Below, in pieces: positions 36,701 through 53,500 of a stretch of DNA of 64,000 nt (the first letter of the stretch is position 1; each line of letters begins with the position of its first letter). Source of the DNA: Eledone cirrhosa (Eukaryota); assembly GCA_964016885.1 (NCBI GenBank), contig OZ024765.1, positions 14,136,001 to 14,200,000 of the forward strand, read 5' to 3'. The notes beneath the pieces were generated by a model, which searched no databases, was not told the DNA's origin, and saw only the letters and a list, made by a program, of their open reading frames with translations. The position numbers and the translations under genes were made by a program.

Positions 36701-38329
36701 CAAGGTGTGTGTTTTACGTAACATTTCATTTTAATGTCTGATGTTCCTGTATATCACATTTAAAATGTAACCAATAAACAAGACAGGGACGCTACATCAA
36801 AAGAAACCACACAGACGAGGTATGAATAATGTAAAATTCATTTTAACAAACTATAAACGATGTTTAAAGAGAGACAAACATTAAAAAAAAGGATTTCAAA
36901 CAAACACGTAAACACAAAGACAATTACAGCCATAATCTAATATCTGAAGATCAACATTTTTCACGATTGAAATAAAACTAAATATGTAAAGCTTAGTGGC
37001 CCCTGATTTACTTGCTTTTAATTTCATTTTGATAAACTGTATTCTGTAGACATATATTTATGATTTTAATGATGAAATTTCCTCTTGTCTTTAAAAGATT
37101 ATTACTTATAAAAAATTATAATAGTTACCTCCTCCTCTGGATCAATATATAGCATCATTCGAGGTAGCTTACCCCCAGGGGTTCCTCAACTGGGCGATTT
37201 CAGCTGTTGGGTGGGCGATGAGCAGCTGAACAGAAAATTGAGGGCCATTGGAAACTTTGGTGGCCGATGTAGAATTTTGAGATTTAAGAAGGTATGCTAC
37301 CCGAAAACCTATTCAAGGAATATATGCAAAGAACCCGAATAAAAATCAGGAAGCTAATTGGGAAAATTGAACCAGGAACAAACATTTACGAAACATATTT
37401 GGTATACTTTGGAATATTTACTATACAGGTGGCTGGTGGAACATTTTTCACGTGAATGTGGGTAATGACGCCAAAATATTTGGCAACCCTTGGCTTACAC
37501 CTTACTAAATGTTCTGGAGACAAGCCTCTTAGTTATATATCATAGTTCTTCAATTCTTCATCTTCCACCATTGATGAAGTATTTCGATTTGATATGACGA
37601 TCGCAGAGTTAGATTTAGGACGTGGTGGCGTTCATGGGTTTCTTAGTGTTGTTACTAGAAAGGGTCGACTCTGTCTTTCACACTTCAGGTTTTTTCATGA
37701 ATTAAATATCCATTTTCTTTCTGATCGGTCTAACAATGATTTCAACCTACAATGACTCCGTCTGTAATAATGTTCTCTTATTTGAAATATGTCATACCTA
37801 ACTCCCGTGTCTGTGTGTGTGAAAAATATTCCAACTTAGAGCGACGTTCCCGTAAATTGTTTAGCCTGAGTCCTATATATAGATAATGTGTAATATTTGA
37901 ACCTTCATTGAGGGTCTTTGCCGTAATTTCCCGAAACTCCGACTAGAAGTCATTATGTAGTTTTTTCGTCCGTTAAAAATAATGATTAAAACAATTCTAT
38001 ATACACAGTTATATACACCTCTTCATCACATATTATATTATTTACACCAATAACTACATTATATCCTTAAATATGACACGAAGATATATAATTTGTAAAT
38101 AAAAGATAAAATATTAAAACCTCAATTTTTAAATAATTTTACCCCACATTTATGTTCTCAGTGTTTAGATAAATCCATAATTTTATGATTTTGGAGCAGA
38201 TAACATAGTACCAGTCATGTACTGGGATCAATTTAACGGATTGGTTCCTCCCCGCAAATTACTTGACTTTTGCCTAAGTAAGACATACTCACAGAATGTA
38301 ACGATGTATATGTATGAATCTATATATAT

Positions 38330-38373
<44 letters not shown>

Positions 38374-41300
38374 GTATATATTTTATGTTTACAATAAAAA
38401 TAGACAAACAATTTAATGATAATATGAAATGAAATTATTATTATTTATTAATAATATTTTTATTGTTTTCACTGCATTAACTTCTGAGTGTGACTTTGTT
38501 TTTCTTACTATTTTCTACTGTAAATGGCGGCTTAATTGGTTTATTACTAACGTTTACTGGATTGCGGTGTTTCTTTATTGTTTTATATTTCAATCAGTGG
38601 ACATCAGGATAGCTTTCTATATACCTGGGGTAAATGTAAAGAGTACTGACTTTCATCTGCAGTTCAATGGTGATGTCTTCTTATATTTTCATTTACATCT
38701 GCAATTCTGTATATTGTAGTCTTTTCATTATTTTAAATATTTCTATCATGTCACTCGTTTGATATATCTCCCCGAAAGATGTAGTTATTCAGGGCTTTAC
38801 ATTGGAATAGTGTACTACTATTTAAATATTAGTCCTTTACATATATATTTCTATCATGTCCCCCCACCCTCTTAGAATTATCTCCTCTAAATTTGCAATC
38901 CCTAAAGTTTAACATCTTTCTTCAGAAGACATATTTCTTAATAATTCTGGTGTTTTCTGTTTTGTTCTTCTCTGGATTCCTTCAATAGCTTCTCCGTGCC
39001 CCAAAACAATATTCTAGGTCGTATCACACATATCATTCAACTAGTGTTTTAGACCTCTCGACATTTAGCTAGGCAAAGGAATGTTTTATTATTCCTATCA
39101 TCTGAATTCCTTTTTTTTCTTCAACATGTCTAGCCATCTTTAAAATCATATTCATACATATTCACAATTCCTCGTGGAGGGAGATAAGAGACATGTATAT
39201 ATATAGCTGCATATTACTACAAAATAACTTGAACCATATGGCGAAACATTTTGTAAAGTATCTCTGTAATTATTCTCATTTCGATTATCTGTAGAATGTA
39301 TTGACGTTTAAGATAGAGACAATTGCCCTTCTTCTAATAATCTCTTTGTCCATTCCATGTTTAGCATCACAAAATATTGTTAATGCAAGATTTTGCTCTA
39401 ATGTAATAAATGTTACTTTTAAAAGACCGAAGTTCTCAATTTTCTTCTTTCTCTTGTATATTGATATCTAAAGGATGACAAATGTATGAATTATGTGATA
39501 GGGAGGAAAAAAGCCACGACCTTCTTCTCTCGTTAGAGAAGGCTAACTGAGAACGTCTTTCGCAGGAGTGACTAGTACTACTGCCTTTTATATACCGTGA
39601 CAACTGGAAAGACGTGACAAATAAGGATACACTCTGCTCTCCTTATCAACATTGTCCGAGTCTGAGGACCTTTCCTCCCTGGTTAAGGAGTGAGATAAAA
39701 TATTAGGGATCAATCTCTAGCAATAATTTCATTAAATCATATTTAACCAGAGACTGTTATGTCGTGGTTGTTGTTATATTTTATAGTCGTGGTTTCAATG
39801 TTTAACAGGGGTTGTAGAATTAGATTTATCTAATTATTATAAAACAAAACAGATTTATATATTGTCGCCGTTGTACGTTAAAATCGCATATATATTTATA
39901 TACACACCAAGGATGGAGGGACGACGGAATTGAAAACCATTATTGCTGAGTACATCACGGCAAGATCTAATACACACACACACACACTCTCCCGTATATA
40001 TTTAATAATCAGCTATGACCATAAAGAAGGTCGTTGTAGGATCTAATGAACCCGAAAGAAAGTGAAAATATATTTTATGAAAGCCCCAGAAGAATAAATG
40101 TAAACATTGACCCGATTATAGTAGAAATAAGAATGAGAAAGCCATGAACGCCAGCACATCTATTTTGCTTTGAAATTGAAAGTAGGTTTATAAATATTAA
40201 TTTTTTCTTATGTTCTTGTATCTGTTTCGTTGGCCTAATGGTAGGTGTTAGAGACTATGTAGACACTGATGTGGTGTTCAATCTCAGTCCGAATCTGTAC
40301 TATATATTTTTAAATTTAAATTTTTCTCTAGCAAAGTAAAAAATGAAATTATTATCTATAGACTTTGACTGAGATCGAAACTCCGAGCAGGTTCTCCACC
40401 GTCTCTAATACCTACCATTAGGCCACGGAGACAGATATAAAAACAGTGTGAAAATTAATATTTATAAAGTTACTTTTTTATTTTTGTTTTATACTATAAA
40501 AAATATAATACGACACATTGCCAGTGATTGAACCCCGGACCTGGACCTCCACCGGCTCTTATACTTACCACTAGGCTAAAGGGACGGTTACAGAAACTTA
40601 CTGAAAATTGATATTTATAAACCTACTTTTTCATTACTAGAAAAAACCGGAAGTGGAGATAATTGAAAAACATCTTCTTTTTCTTCCTCTGATTTTTTTT
40701 TATCCAAAATTTGGATTTAAGTCAGAGACGAGTTATCGTTCGTGGCAAAAATCAGAGGAAGAAAAAGAAAAAGTTTTTCAATTTTCTCCACTTCCGGTTT
40801 TTTCTAGTATAGGTAAGTAAATATTAATTTTCAAACATTTTTTCTAACCGTCCCTGTGGCCTAATGGTAAGCACTAGAGACGGTGGAGATCCTGATTTAG
40901 GGTTCGATTTCCGTTAGGTTCTATACTAATAACTGCGTATTTTTTGCTTTTATTAAGTAAGATTTGAACTAATAATGCTGTACTTTGTAGTAATGTCCCA
41001 TATTATATTCAACATATTTTAATTAAAATTTGTTTTTTTTATAAAAGAAAGAACAAAAAACCTTATTGAAATTAAGAAATGAATTTTATTCAGTAAAGTT
41101 GTTTTTATTTTGTATTCACTTCATTAACTGCTGAATACGTCTTTTGTTTTTGTTTTTGTTTCCTTCTAACCATTGTTTACTGCACATGGTGGCTGCAACG
41201 AACCTGGATTATTACCAAGTTTCACTGGATGATTGTATTATTTTGTTGTCAGTGGACATCTGGACATCTATCTAAATACCTGGAATAAACACAAGGTGTG

Positions 41301-44300
41301 TGTTTTACGTAACATTTCATTTTAATGTCTGATGTTCCTGTATATCACATTTAAAATGTAACCAATAAACAAGACAGGGACGCTACATCAAAAGAAACCA
41401 CACAGACGAGGTATGAATAATGTAAAATTCATTTTAACAAACTATAAACGATGTTTAAAGAGAGACAAACATTAAAAAAAAGGATTTCAAACAAACACGT
41501 AAACACAAAGACAATTACAGCCATAATCTAATATCTGAAGATCAACATTTTTCACGATAGAAATAAAACTAAATATGTAAAGCTTAGTGGCCCCTGATTT
41601 ACTTGCTTTTAATTTCATTTTGATAAACTGTATTCTGTAGACATATATTTATGATTTTAATGATGAAATTTCCTCTTGTCTTTAAAAGATTATTACTTAT
41701 AAAAAATTATAATAGTTACCTCCTCCTCTGGATTAATATATAGCATCATTCGAGGTAGCTTACCCCCAGGGGTTCCTCAACTGGGCGATTTCAGCTGTTG
41801 GGTAGGCGATGAGCAGCTGAACAGAAAATTGAGGGCCATTGGAAACTTTGGTGGCCGATGTAGAATTTTGAGATTTAAGAAGGTATGCTACCCGAAAACC
41901 TATTCAAGGAATATATGCAAAGAACCCGAATAAAAATCAGGAAGCTAATTGGGAAAATTGAACCAGGAACAAACATTTACGAAACATATTTGGTATACTT
42001 TGGAATATTTACTATACAGGTGGCTGGTGGAACATCTTTTCACGTGAATGTGGGTAATGACGCCAAAATATTTGGCAACCCTTGGCTTACACCTTACTAA
42101 ATGTTCTGGAGACAAGCCTCATAGTTATATATCATAGTTCTTCAATCCTTCATCTTCCACCATTGGTGAAGTATTTCGATTTGATATGACGATCGCAGAG
42201 TTAGATTTAGGACGTGGTGGCGTTCATGGGCTTCTTAGTGTTGTTACTAGAAAGGGTCGACTCTGTCTTTCACACTTCAGGTTTTTTCATGAATTAAATA
42301 TCCATTTTCTTTCTGATCGGTCTAACAATGATTTCAACCTACAATGACTCCGTCTGTAATAATGTTCTCTTATTTGAAATATGTCATACCTAACTGCCGT
42401 GTCTGTGTGTGTTAAAAATATTCCAACTTAGAGCGACGTTCCCATAAATTGTTTAGCCTGAGTCCTATATATAGATAATGTGTAATATTTGAACCTTCAT
42501 TGAGGGTCTTTGCCGTAATTTCCCGTAACTCCGACTAGAAGTCATTATGTAGTTTTTCGTCCGTTAAAAATAATGATTAAAACAATTCTATATCCACAGT
42601 TATATACACCTCTTCATCACATATTATATTATTTACACCAATAACTACATTATATCCTTAAATATGACACGAAGATATATAATTTGTAAATAAAAGATAA
42701 AATATTAAAACCTCAATTTTTAAATAATTTTAACCCACATTTATGTTCTCAGTGTTTAGATAAATCCATAATTTTATGATTTTGGAGCAGATAACATAGT
42801 ACCAGTCATGTACTGGGATCAATTTAACGGATTGGTTCCTCCCCGCAAATTACTTGACTTTTGCCTAAGTAAGACATACTCACAGAATGTAACGATGTAT
42901 ATGTATGAATCTATATATATAATAATATATATATATATATATATATTTATGTATATATTTTATGTTTACAATAAAAATAGACAAACAATTTAATGATAAT
43001 ATGAAATGAAATTATTATTATTTATTAATAATATTTTTATTGTTTTCACTGCATTAACTTCTGAGTGTGACTTTATTTTTCTTACTATTTTCTACTGTAA
43101 ATGGCGGCTTAATTGGTTTATTACTAACGTTTACTGGATTGTGGTGTTTCTTTATTGTTTTATATTTCAATCAGTGGACATCAGGATAGCTTTCTATATA
43201 CCTGGGATAAATGTAAAGAGTACTGACTTTCATCTGCAGTTCAATGGTGATGTCTTCTTATATTTTCATTTACTTCTGCAATACTGTATATTGTAGTCTT
43301 TTCATTATTTTAAATATTTCTATCATGTCACTCGTTTGATATATCTCCCTGAAAGATGTAGTTATTCAGGGCTTTACATTGGAATAGTGTACTACTATTT
43401 AAATATTAGTCCTTTAAATATATATTTCTATCATGTCCCCCCCCCCCTCTTAGATTTGTCTCCTCTAAATTTGCAATCCCTAAAGTTTAACATCTTTCTT
43501 CAGAAGACATATTTCTTAATAATTCTGGTGTTTTCTGTTTTGTTCTTCTCTGGATTCCTTCAATAGCTTCTCCGTGCCCCAAAACAATATTCTAGGTCGT
43601 ATCACACATATCATTCAACTAGTGTTTTAGACCTCTCGACATTTAGCTAGGCAAAGGAATGTTTTATTATTCCTATCATCTGAATTCCTTTTTCTTCTTC
43701 AACATGTTTAGCCATCTTTAAAATCATATTCATACATATTCCCAATTCCTCGTGGAGGGGTATAAGAGACATGTATAAATATAGCTGCATATTACTACAA
43801 AATAACTTGAACCATATGGCGAAACATTTTGTAAAGTATCTCTGTAATTATTCTCATTTCGATTTTCTGTAGAATGTATTGACGTTTAAGATAGAGACAA
43901 TTGCCCTTCTTCTAATAATCTCTTTGTCCATTCCATGTTTAGTATCACAAAATATTGTTAATGCAAGATTTTGCTCTAATGTAATAAATGTTACTTTTAA
44001 AAGACCGAAGTTCTCAATTTTCTTCTTTCTCTTGTATATTGATATCTAAAGGATGACAAATGTATGAATTATGTGATAGGGAGGAAAAAAAGCCACGACC
44101 TTTTTCTCTCGTTACAGAAGGCTAACTGAGAACGTCTTTCGCAGGAGTGACTAGTACTACTGCCTTTTATATACCGTGACAACTGGAAAGACGTGACAAA
44201 TAAGGATAGACTCTGCTCTCCTTATCAACATTGTCCGAGTCTGAGGACCTTTCCTCCCTGGTTAAGGAGTGAGATAAAATATTAGGGATCAATCTCTAGC

Positions 44301-47300
44301 AATAATTTCATTAAATCATATTTAACCAGAGACTGTTATGTCGTGGTTGTTGTTATATTTTATAGTCGTGGTTTCAATGTTTAACAGGGGTTGTAGAATT
44401 AGATTTATCTAATTATTATAAAACAAAACAGATTTATATATTGTCGCCGTTGTACGTTAAAATCGCATATATATTTATATACACACCAAGGATGGAGGGA
44501 CGACGGAATTGAAAACCATTATTGCTGAGTACATCACGGCAAGATCTAATACACACACACACACTCTCCCGTATATATTTAATAATCAGCTATGACCATA
44601 AAGAAGGTCGTTGTAGGATCTAATGAACCCGAAAGAAAGTGAAAATATATTTTATGAAAGCCCCAGAAGAATAAATGTAAACATTGACCCGATTATAGTA
44701 GAAATAAGAATGAGAAAGCCATGAACGCCAGCACATCTATTTTGCTTTGAAATTGAAAGTAGGTTTATAAATATTAATTTTTTCTTATGTCCTTGTATTT
44801 GTTTCGTTGGCCTAATGGTAGGTGTTAGAGACTATGTAGACACTGATGTGGTGTTCAATCTCAGTCCGAATCTGTACTATATATTTTTAAATTTAAATTT
44901 TTCTCTAGCAAAGTAAAAAATGAAATTATTATCTATAGACTTTGACTGAGATCGAAACCCCGAGCAGGTTCTCCACCGTCTCTAATACCTACCATTAGGC
45001 CACGGAGACAGATATAAAAACAGTGTGAAAATTAATATTTATAAAGTTACTTTTTTATTTTTGTTTTATACTATAAAAAATATAATACGACACACTGCAA
45101 GTGATTGAACCCCGGACCTGGACCTCCACCGGCTCTTATACTTACCACTAGGCTAAAGTGACGGTTACAGACACTTACTGAAAATTGATATTTATAAACC
45201 TACTTTTTCATTACTAGAAAAAACCGGAAGTGGAGATAATTGAAAAACATCTTCTTTTTCTTCCTCTGATTTTTTTTTATCCAAAATTTGGATTTAAGTC
45301 AGAGACGAGTTATCGTTCGTGGCAAAAATCAGAAGAAGAAAAAGAAAAAGTTTTTCAATTTTCTCCACTTCCGGTTTTTTCTAGTATAGGTAAGTAAATA
45401 TTAATTTTCAAAAAATTTTTCTAACCGTCCCTGTGGCCTAATGGTAAGTACTAGAGACGGTGGAGATCCTGATTTAGGGTTCGATTTCCGTTAGGTTCTA
45501 TACTAATAACTGCGTATTTTTTGCTTTTATTAAGTAAGATTTGAACTAATAATGCTGTACTTTGTAGTAATGTCCCATATTATATTCAAGATATTTTAAT
45601 TAAAATTTGTTTTTTTTATAAAAGAAAGAACAAAAAACCTTATTGAAATTAAGAAATGAATTTTATTCAGTAAAGTTGTTTTTATTTTGTATTCACTTCA
45701 TTAACTGCTGAATACGTCTTTTGTTTTTGATTCCTTCTAACCATCGTTTACTGCAAATGGTGGCTGCAACGAACCTGGATTATTACCAAGTTTCACTGGA
45801 TGATTGTATTATTTTGTTGTCAGTGGACATCTGGACATCTATCTAAATACCTGGAATAAACACAAGGTGTGTGTTTTACGTAACATTTCATTTTAATGTC
45901 TGATGTTCCTGTATATCACATTTAAAATGTAACCAATAAACAAGACAGGGACGCTACATCAAAAGAAACCACACAGACGAGGTATGAATAATGTAAAATT
46001 CATTTTAACAAACTATAAACGATGTTTAAAGAGAGACAAACATTAAAAAAAAGGATTTCAAACAAACACGTAAACACAAAGACAATTACAGCCATAATCT
46101 AATATCTGAAGATCAACATTTTTCACGATTGAAATAAAACTAAATATGTAAAGCTTAGTGGCCCCTGATTTACTTGCTTTTAATTTCATTTTGATAAACT
46201 GTATTCTGTAGACATATATTTATGATTTTAATGATGAAATTTCCTCTTGTCTTTAAAAGATTATTACTTATAAAAAATTATAATAGTTACCTCCTCCTCT
46301 GGATCAATATATAGCATCATTCGAGGTAGCTTACCCCCAGGGGTTCCTCAACTGGGCGATTTCAGCTGTTGGGTGGGCGATGAGCAGCTGAACAGAAAAT
46401 TGAGGGCCATTGGAAACTTTGGTGGCCGATGTAGAATTTTGAGATTTAAGAAGGTATGCTACCCGAAAACCTATTCAAGGAATATATGCAAAGAACCCGA
46501 ATAAAAATCAGGAAGCTAATTGGGAAAATTGAACCAGGAACAAACATTTACGAAACATATTTGGTATACTTTGGAATATTTACTATACAGGTGGCTGGTG
46601 GAACATTTTTCACGTGAATGTGGGTAATGACGCCAAAATATTTGGCAACCCTTGGCTTACACCTTACTAAATGTTCTGGAGACAAGCCTCTTAGTTATAT
46701 ATCATAGTTCTTCAATTCTTCATCTTCCACCATTGATGAAGTATTTCGATTTGATATGACGATCGCAGAGTTAGATTTAGGACGTGGTGGCGTTCATGGG
46801 TTTCTTAGTGTTGTTACTAGAAAGGGTCGACTCTGTCTTTCACACTTCAGGTTTTTTCATGAATTAAATATCCATTTTCTTTCTGATCGGTCTAACAATG
46901 ATTTCAACCTACAATGACTCCGTCTGTAATAATGTTCTCTTATTTGAAATATGTCATACCTAACTCCCGTGTCTGTGTGTGTGAAAAATATTCCAACTTA
47001 GAGCGACGTTCCCGTAAATTGTTTAGCCTGAGTCCTATATATAGATAATGTGTAATATTTGAACCTTCATTGAGGGTCTTTGCCGTAATTTCCCGAAACT
47101 CCGACTAGAAGTCATTATGTAGTTTTTTCGTCCGTTAAAAATAATGATTAAAACAATTCTATATACACAGTTATATACACCTCTTCATCACATATTATAT
47201 TATTTACACCAATAACTACATTATATCCTTAAATATGACACGAAGATATATAATTTGTAAATAAAAGATAAAATATTAAAACCTCAATTTTTAAATAATT

Positions 47301-47491
47301 TTACCCCACATTTATGTTCTCAGTGTTTAGATAAATCCATAATTTTATGATTTTGGAGCAGATAACATAGTACCAGTCATGTACTGGGATCAATTTAACG
47401 GATTGGTTCCTCCCCGCAAATTACTTGACTTTTGCCTAAGTAAGACATACTCACAGAATGTAACGATGTATATGTATGAATCTATATATAT

Positions 47492-47535
<44 letters not shown>

Positions 47536-50500
47536 GTATATATTTTATGTTTACAATAAAAATAGACAAACAATTTAATGATAATATGAAATGAAATTAT
47601 TATTATTTATTAATAATATTTTTATTGTTTTCACTGCATTAACTTCTGAGTGTGACTTTGTTTTTCTTACTATTTTCTACTGTAAATGGCGGCTTAATTG
47701 GTTTATTACTAACGTTTACTGGATTGCGGTGTTTCTTTATTGTTTTATATTTCAATCAGTGGACATCAGGATAGCTTTCTATATACCTGGGGTAAATGTA
47801 AAGAGTACTGACTTTCATCTGCAGTTCAATGGTGATGTCTTCTTATATTTTCATTTACATCTGCAATTCTGTATATTGTAGTCTTTTCATTATTTTAAAT
47901 ATTTCTATCATGTCACTCGTTTGATATATCTCCCCGAAAGATGTAGTTATTCAGGGCTTTACATTGGAATAGTGTACTACTATTTAAATATTAGTCCTTT
48001 ACATATATATTTCTATCATGTCCCCCCACCCTCTTAGAATTATCTCCTCTAAATTTGCAATCCCTAAAGTTTAACATCTTTCTTCAGAAGACATATTTCT
48101 TAATAATTCTGGTGTTTTCTGTTTTGTTCTTCTCTGGATTCCTTCAATAGCTTCTCCGTGCCCCAAAACAATATTCTAGGTCGTATCACACATATCATTC
48201 AACTAGTGTTTTAGACCTCTCGACATTTAGCTAGGCAAAGGAATGTTTTATTATTCCTATCATCTGAATTCCTTTTTTTTCTTCAACATGTTTAGCCATC
48301 TTTAAAATCATATTCATACATATTCACAATTCCTCGTGGAGGGAGATAAGAGACATGTATATATATAGCTGCATATTACTACAAAATAACTTGAACCATA
48401 TGGCGAAACATTTTGTAAAGTATCTCTGTAATTATTCTCATTTCGATTATCTGTAGAATGTATTGACGTTTAAGATAGAGACAATTGCCCTTCTTCTAAT
48501 AATCTCTTTGTCCATTCCATGTTTAGCATCACAAAATATTGTTAATGCAAGATTTTGCTCTAATGTAATAAATGTTACTTTTAAAAGACCGAAGTTCTCA
48601 ATTTTCTTCTTTCTCTTGTATATTGATATCTAAAGGATGACAAATGTATGAATTATGTGATAGGGAGGAAAAAAGCCACGACCTTCTTCTCTCGTTAGAG
48701 AAGGCTAACTGAGAACGTCTTTCGCAGGAGTGACTAGTACTACTGCCTTTTATATACCGTGACAACTGGAAAGACGTGACAAATAAGGATACACTCTGCT
48801 CTCCTTATCAACATTGTCCGAGTCTGAGGACCTTTCCTCCCTGGTTAAGGAGTGAGATAAAATATTAGGGATCAATCTCTAGCAATAATTTCATTAAATC
48901 ATATTTAACCAGAGACTGTTATGTCGTGGTTGTTGTTATATTTTATAGTCGTGGTTTCAATGTTTAACAGGGGTTGTAGAATTAGATTTATCTAATTATT
49001 ATAAAACAAAACAGATTTATATATTGTCGCCGTTGTACGTTAAAATCGCATATATATTTATATACACACCAAGGATGGAGGGACGACGGAATTGAAAACC
49101 ATTATTGCTGAGTACATCACGGCAAGATCTAATACACACACACACACTCTCCCGTATATATTTAATAATCAGCTATGACCATAAAGAAGGTCGTTGTAGG
49201 ATCTAATGAACCCGAAAGAAAGTGAAAATATATTTTATGAAAGCCCCAGAAGAATAAATGTAAACATTGACCCGATTATAGTAGAAATAAGAATGAGAAA
49301 GCCATGAACGCCAGCACATCTATTTTGCTTTGAAATTGAAAGTAGGTTTATAAATATTAATTTTTTCTTATGTTCTTGTATCTGTTTCGTTGGCCTAATG
49401 GTAGGTGTTAGAGACTATGTAGACACTGATGTGGTGTTCAATCTCAGTCCGAATCTGTACTATATATTTTTAAATTTAAATTTTTCTCTAGCAAAGTAAA
49501 AAATGAAATTATTATCTATAGACTTTGACTGAGATCGAAACCTCGAGCAGGTTCTCCACCGTCTCTAATACCTACCATTAGGCCACGGAGACAGATATAA
49601 AAACAGTGTGAAAATTAATATTTATAAAGTTACTTTTTTATTTTTGTTTTATACTATAAAAAATATAATACGACACATTGCCAGTGATTGAACCCCGGAC
49701 CTGGACCTCCACCGGCTCTTATACTTACCACTAGGCTAAAGGGACGGTTACAGAAACTTACTGAAAATTGATATTTATAAACCTACTTTTTCATTACTAG
49801 AAAAAACCGGAAGTGGAGATAATTGAAAAACATCTTCTTTTTCTTCCTCTGATTTTTTTTTATCCAAAATTTGGATTTAAGTCAGAGACGAGTTATCGTT
49901 CGTGGCAAAAATCAGAGGAAGAAAAAGAAAAAGTTTTTCAATTTTCTCCACTTCCGGTTTTTTCTAGTATAGGTAAGTAAATATTAATTTTCAAACATTT
50001 TTTCTAACCGTCCCTGTGGCCTAATGGTAAGCACTAGAGACGGTGGAGATCCTGATTTAGGGTTCGATTTCCGTTAGGTTCTATACTAATAACTGCGTAT
50101 TTTTTGCTTTTATTAAGTAAGATTTGAACTAATAATGCTGTACTTTGTAGTAATGTCCCATATTATATTCAACATATTTTAATTAAAATTTGTTTTTTTT
50201 ATAAAAGAAAGAACAAAAAACCTTATTGAAATTAAGAAATGAATTTTATTCAGTAAAGTTGTTTTTATTTTGTATTCACTTCATTAACTGCTGAATACGT
50301 CTTTTGTTTTTGTTTTTGTTTCCTTCTAACCATTGTTTACTGCACATGGTGGCTGCAACGAACCTGGATTATTACCAAGTTTCACTGGATGATTGTATTA
50401 TTTTGTTGTCAGTGGACATCTGGACATCTATCTAAATACCTGGAATAAACACAAGGTGTGTGTTTTACGTAACATTTCATTTTAATGTCTGATGTTCCTG

Positions 50501-53500
50501 TATATCACATTTAAAATGTAACCAATAAACAAGACAGGGACGCTACATCAAAAGAAACCACACAGACGAGGTATGAATAATGTAAAATTCATTTTAACAA
50601 ACTATAAACGATGTTTAAAGAGAGACAAACATTAAAAAAAAGGATTTCAAACAAACACGTAAACACAAAGACAATTACAGCCATAATCTAATATCTGAAG
50701 ATCAACATTTTTCACGATAGAAATAAAACTAAATATGTAAAGCTTAGTGGCCCCTGATTTACTTGCTTTTAATTTCATTTTGATAAACTGTATTCTGTAG
50801 ACATATATTTATGATTTTAATGATGAAATTTCCTCTTGTCTTTAAAAGATTATTACTTATAAAAAATTATAATAGTTACCTCCTCCTCTGGATTAATATA
50901 TAGCATCATTCGAGGTAGCTTACCCCCAGGGGTTCCTCAACTGGGCGATTTCAGCTGTTGGGTAGGCGATGAGCAGCTGAACAGAAAATTGAGGGCCATT
51001 GGAAACTTTGGTGGCCGATGTAGAATTTTGAGATTTAAGAAGGTATGCTACCCGAAAACCTATTCAAGGAATATATGCAAAGAACCCGAATAAAAATCAG
51101 GAAGCTAATTGGGAAAATTGAACCAGGAACAAACATTTACGAAACATATTTGGTATACTTTGGAATATTTACTATACAGGTGGCTGGTGGAACATTTTTT
51201 CACGTGAATGTGGGTAATGACGCCAAAATATTTGGCAACCCTTGGCTTACACCTTACTAAATGTTCTGGAGACAAGCCTCATAGTTATATATCATAGTTC
51301 TTCAATCCTTCATCTTCCACCATTGGTGAAGTATTTCGATTTGATATGGCGATCGCCGAGTTAGATTTAGGACGTGGTGGCGTTCATGGGTTTCTTAGTG
51401 TTGTTACTAGAAAGGGTCGACTCTGTCTTTCACACTTCAGGTTTTTTTATGAATTAAATATCCATTTTCTTTCTGATCGGTCTAACAATGATTTCAACCT
51501 ACAATGACTCCGTCTGTAATAATGTTCTCTTATTTGAAATATGTCATACCTAACTGCCGTGTCTGTGTGTGTGAAAAATATTCCAACTTAGAGCGACGTT
51601 CCCGTAAATTGTTTAGCCTGAGTCCTATATATAGATAATGTGTAATATTTGAACCTTCATTGAGGGTCTTTGCCGTAATTTCCCGTAACTCCGACTAGAA
51701 GTCATTATGTAGTTTTTTCGTCCGTTAAAAATAATGATTAAAACAATTCTATATCCACAGTTATATACACCTCTTCATCACATATTATATTATTTACACC
51801 AATAACTACATTATATCCTTAAATATGACACCAAGATATATAATTTGTAAATAAAAGATAAAATATTAAAACCTCAATTTTTAAATAATTTTACCCCACA
51901 TTTATGTTCTCAGTGTTTAGATAAATCCATAATTTTATGATTTTGGAGCAGATAACATAGTACCAGTCATGTACTGGGATCAATTTAACGGATTGGTTCC
52001 TCCCCGCAAATTACTTGACTTTTGCCTAAGTAAGACATACTCACAGAATGTAACGATGTATATGTATGAATCTATATATATAATAATATATATATATATA
52101 TATATATTTATGTATATATTTTATGTTTACAATAAAAATAGACAAACAATTTAATGATAATATGAAATGAAATTATTATTATTTATTAATAATATTTTTA
52201 TTGTTTTCACTGCATTAACTTCTGAGTGTGACTTTGTTTTTCTTACTATTTTCTACTGTAAATGGCGGCTTAATTGGTTTATTACTAACGTTTACTGGAT
52301 TGTGGTGTTTCTTTATTGTTTTATATTTCAATCAGTGGACATCAGGATAGCTTTCTATATACCTGGGATAAATGTAAAGAGTACTGACTTTCATCTGCAG
52401 TTCAATGGTGATGTCTTCTTATATTTTCATTTACTTCTGCAATACTGTATATTGTAGTCTTTTCATTATTTTAAATATTTCTATCATGTCACTCGTTTGA
52501 TATATCTCCCTGAAAGATGTAGTTATTCAGGGCTTTACATTGGAATAGTGTACTACTATTTAAATATTAGTCCTTTAAATATATATTTCTATCATGTCCC
52601 CCCCCCCCCTCTTAGATTTGTCTCCTCTAAATTTGCAATCCCTAAAGTTTAACATCTTTCTTCAGAAGACATATTTCTTAATAATTCTGGTGTTTTCTGT
52701 TTTGTTCTTCTCTGGATTCCTTCAATAGCTTCTCCGTGCCCCAAAACAATATTCTAGGTCGTATCACACATATCATTCAACTAGTGTTTTAGACCTCTCG
52801 ACATTTAGCTAGGCAAAGGAATGTTTTATTATTCCTATCATCTGAATTCCTTTTTTTTCTTCAACATGTTTAGCCATCTTTAAAATCATATTCATACATA
52901 TTCACAATTCCTCGTGGAGGGAGATAAGAGACATGTATATATATAGCTGCATATTACTACAAAATAACTTGAACCATATGGCGAAACATTTTGTAAAGTA
53001 TCTCTGTAATTATTCTCATTTCGATTATCTGTAGAATGTATTGACGTTTAAGATAGAGACAATTGCCCTTCTTCTAATAATCTCTTTGTCCATTCCATGT
53101 TTAGCATCACAAAATATTGTTAATGCAAGATTTTGCTCTAATGTAATAAATGTTACTTTTAAAAGACCGAAGTTCTCAATTTTCTTCTTTCTCTTGTATA
53201 TTGATATCTAAAGGATGACAAATGTATGAATTATGTGATAGGGAGGAAAAAAGCCACGACCTTCTTCTCTCGTTAGAGAAGGCTAACTGAGAACGTCTTT
53301 CGCAGGAGTGACTAGTACTACTGCCTTTTATATACCGTGACAACTGGAAAGACGTGACAAATAAGGATACACTCTGCTCTCCTTATCAACATTGTCCGAG
53401 TCTGAGGACCTTTCCTCCCTGGTTAAGGAGTGAGATAAAATATTAGGGATCAATCTCTAGCAATAATTTCATTAAATCATATTTAACCAGAGACTGTTAT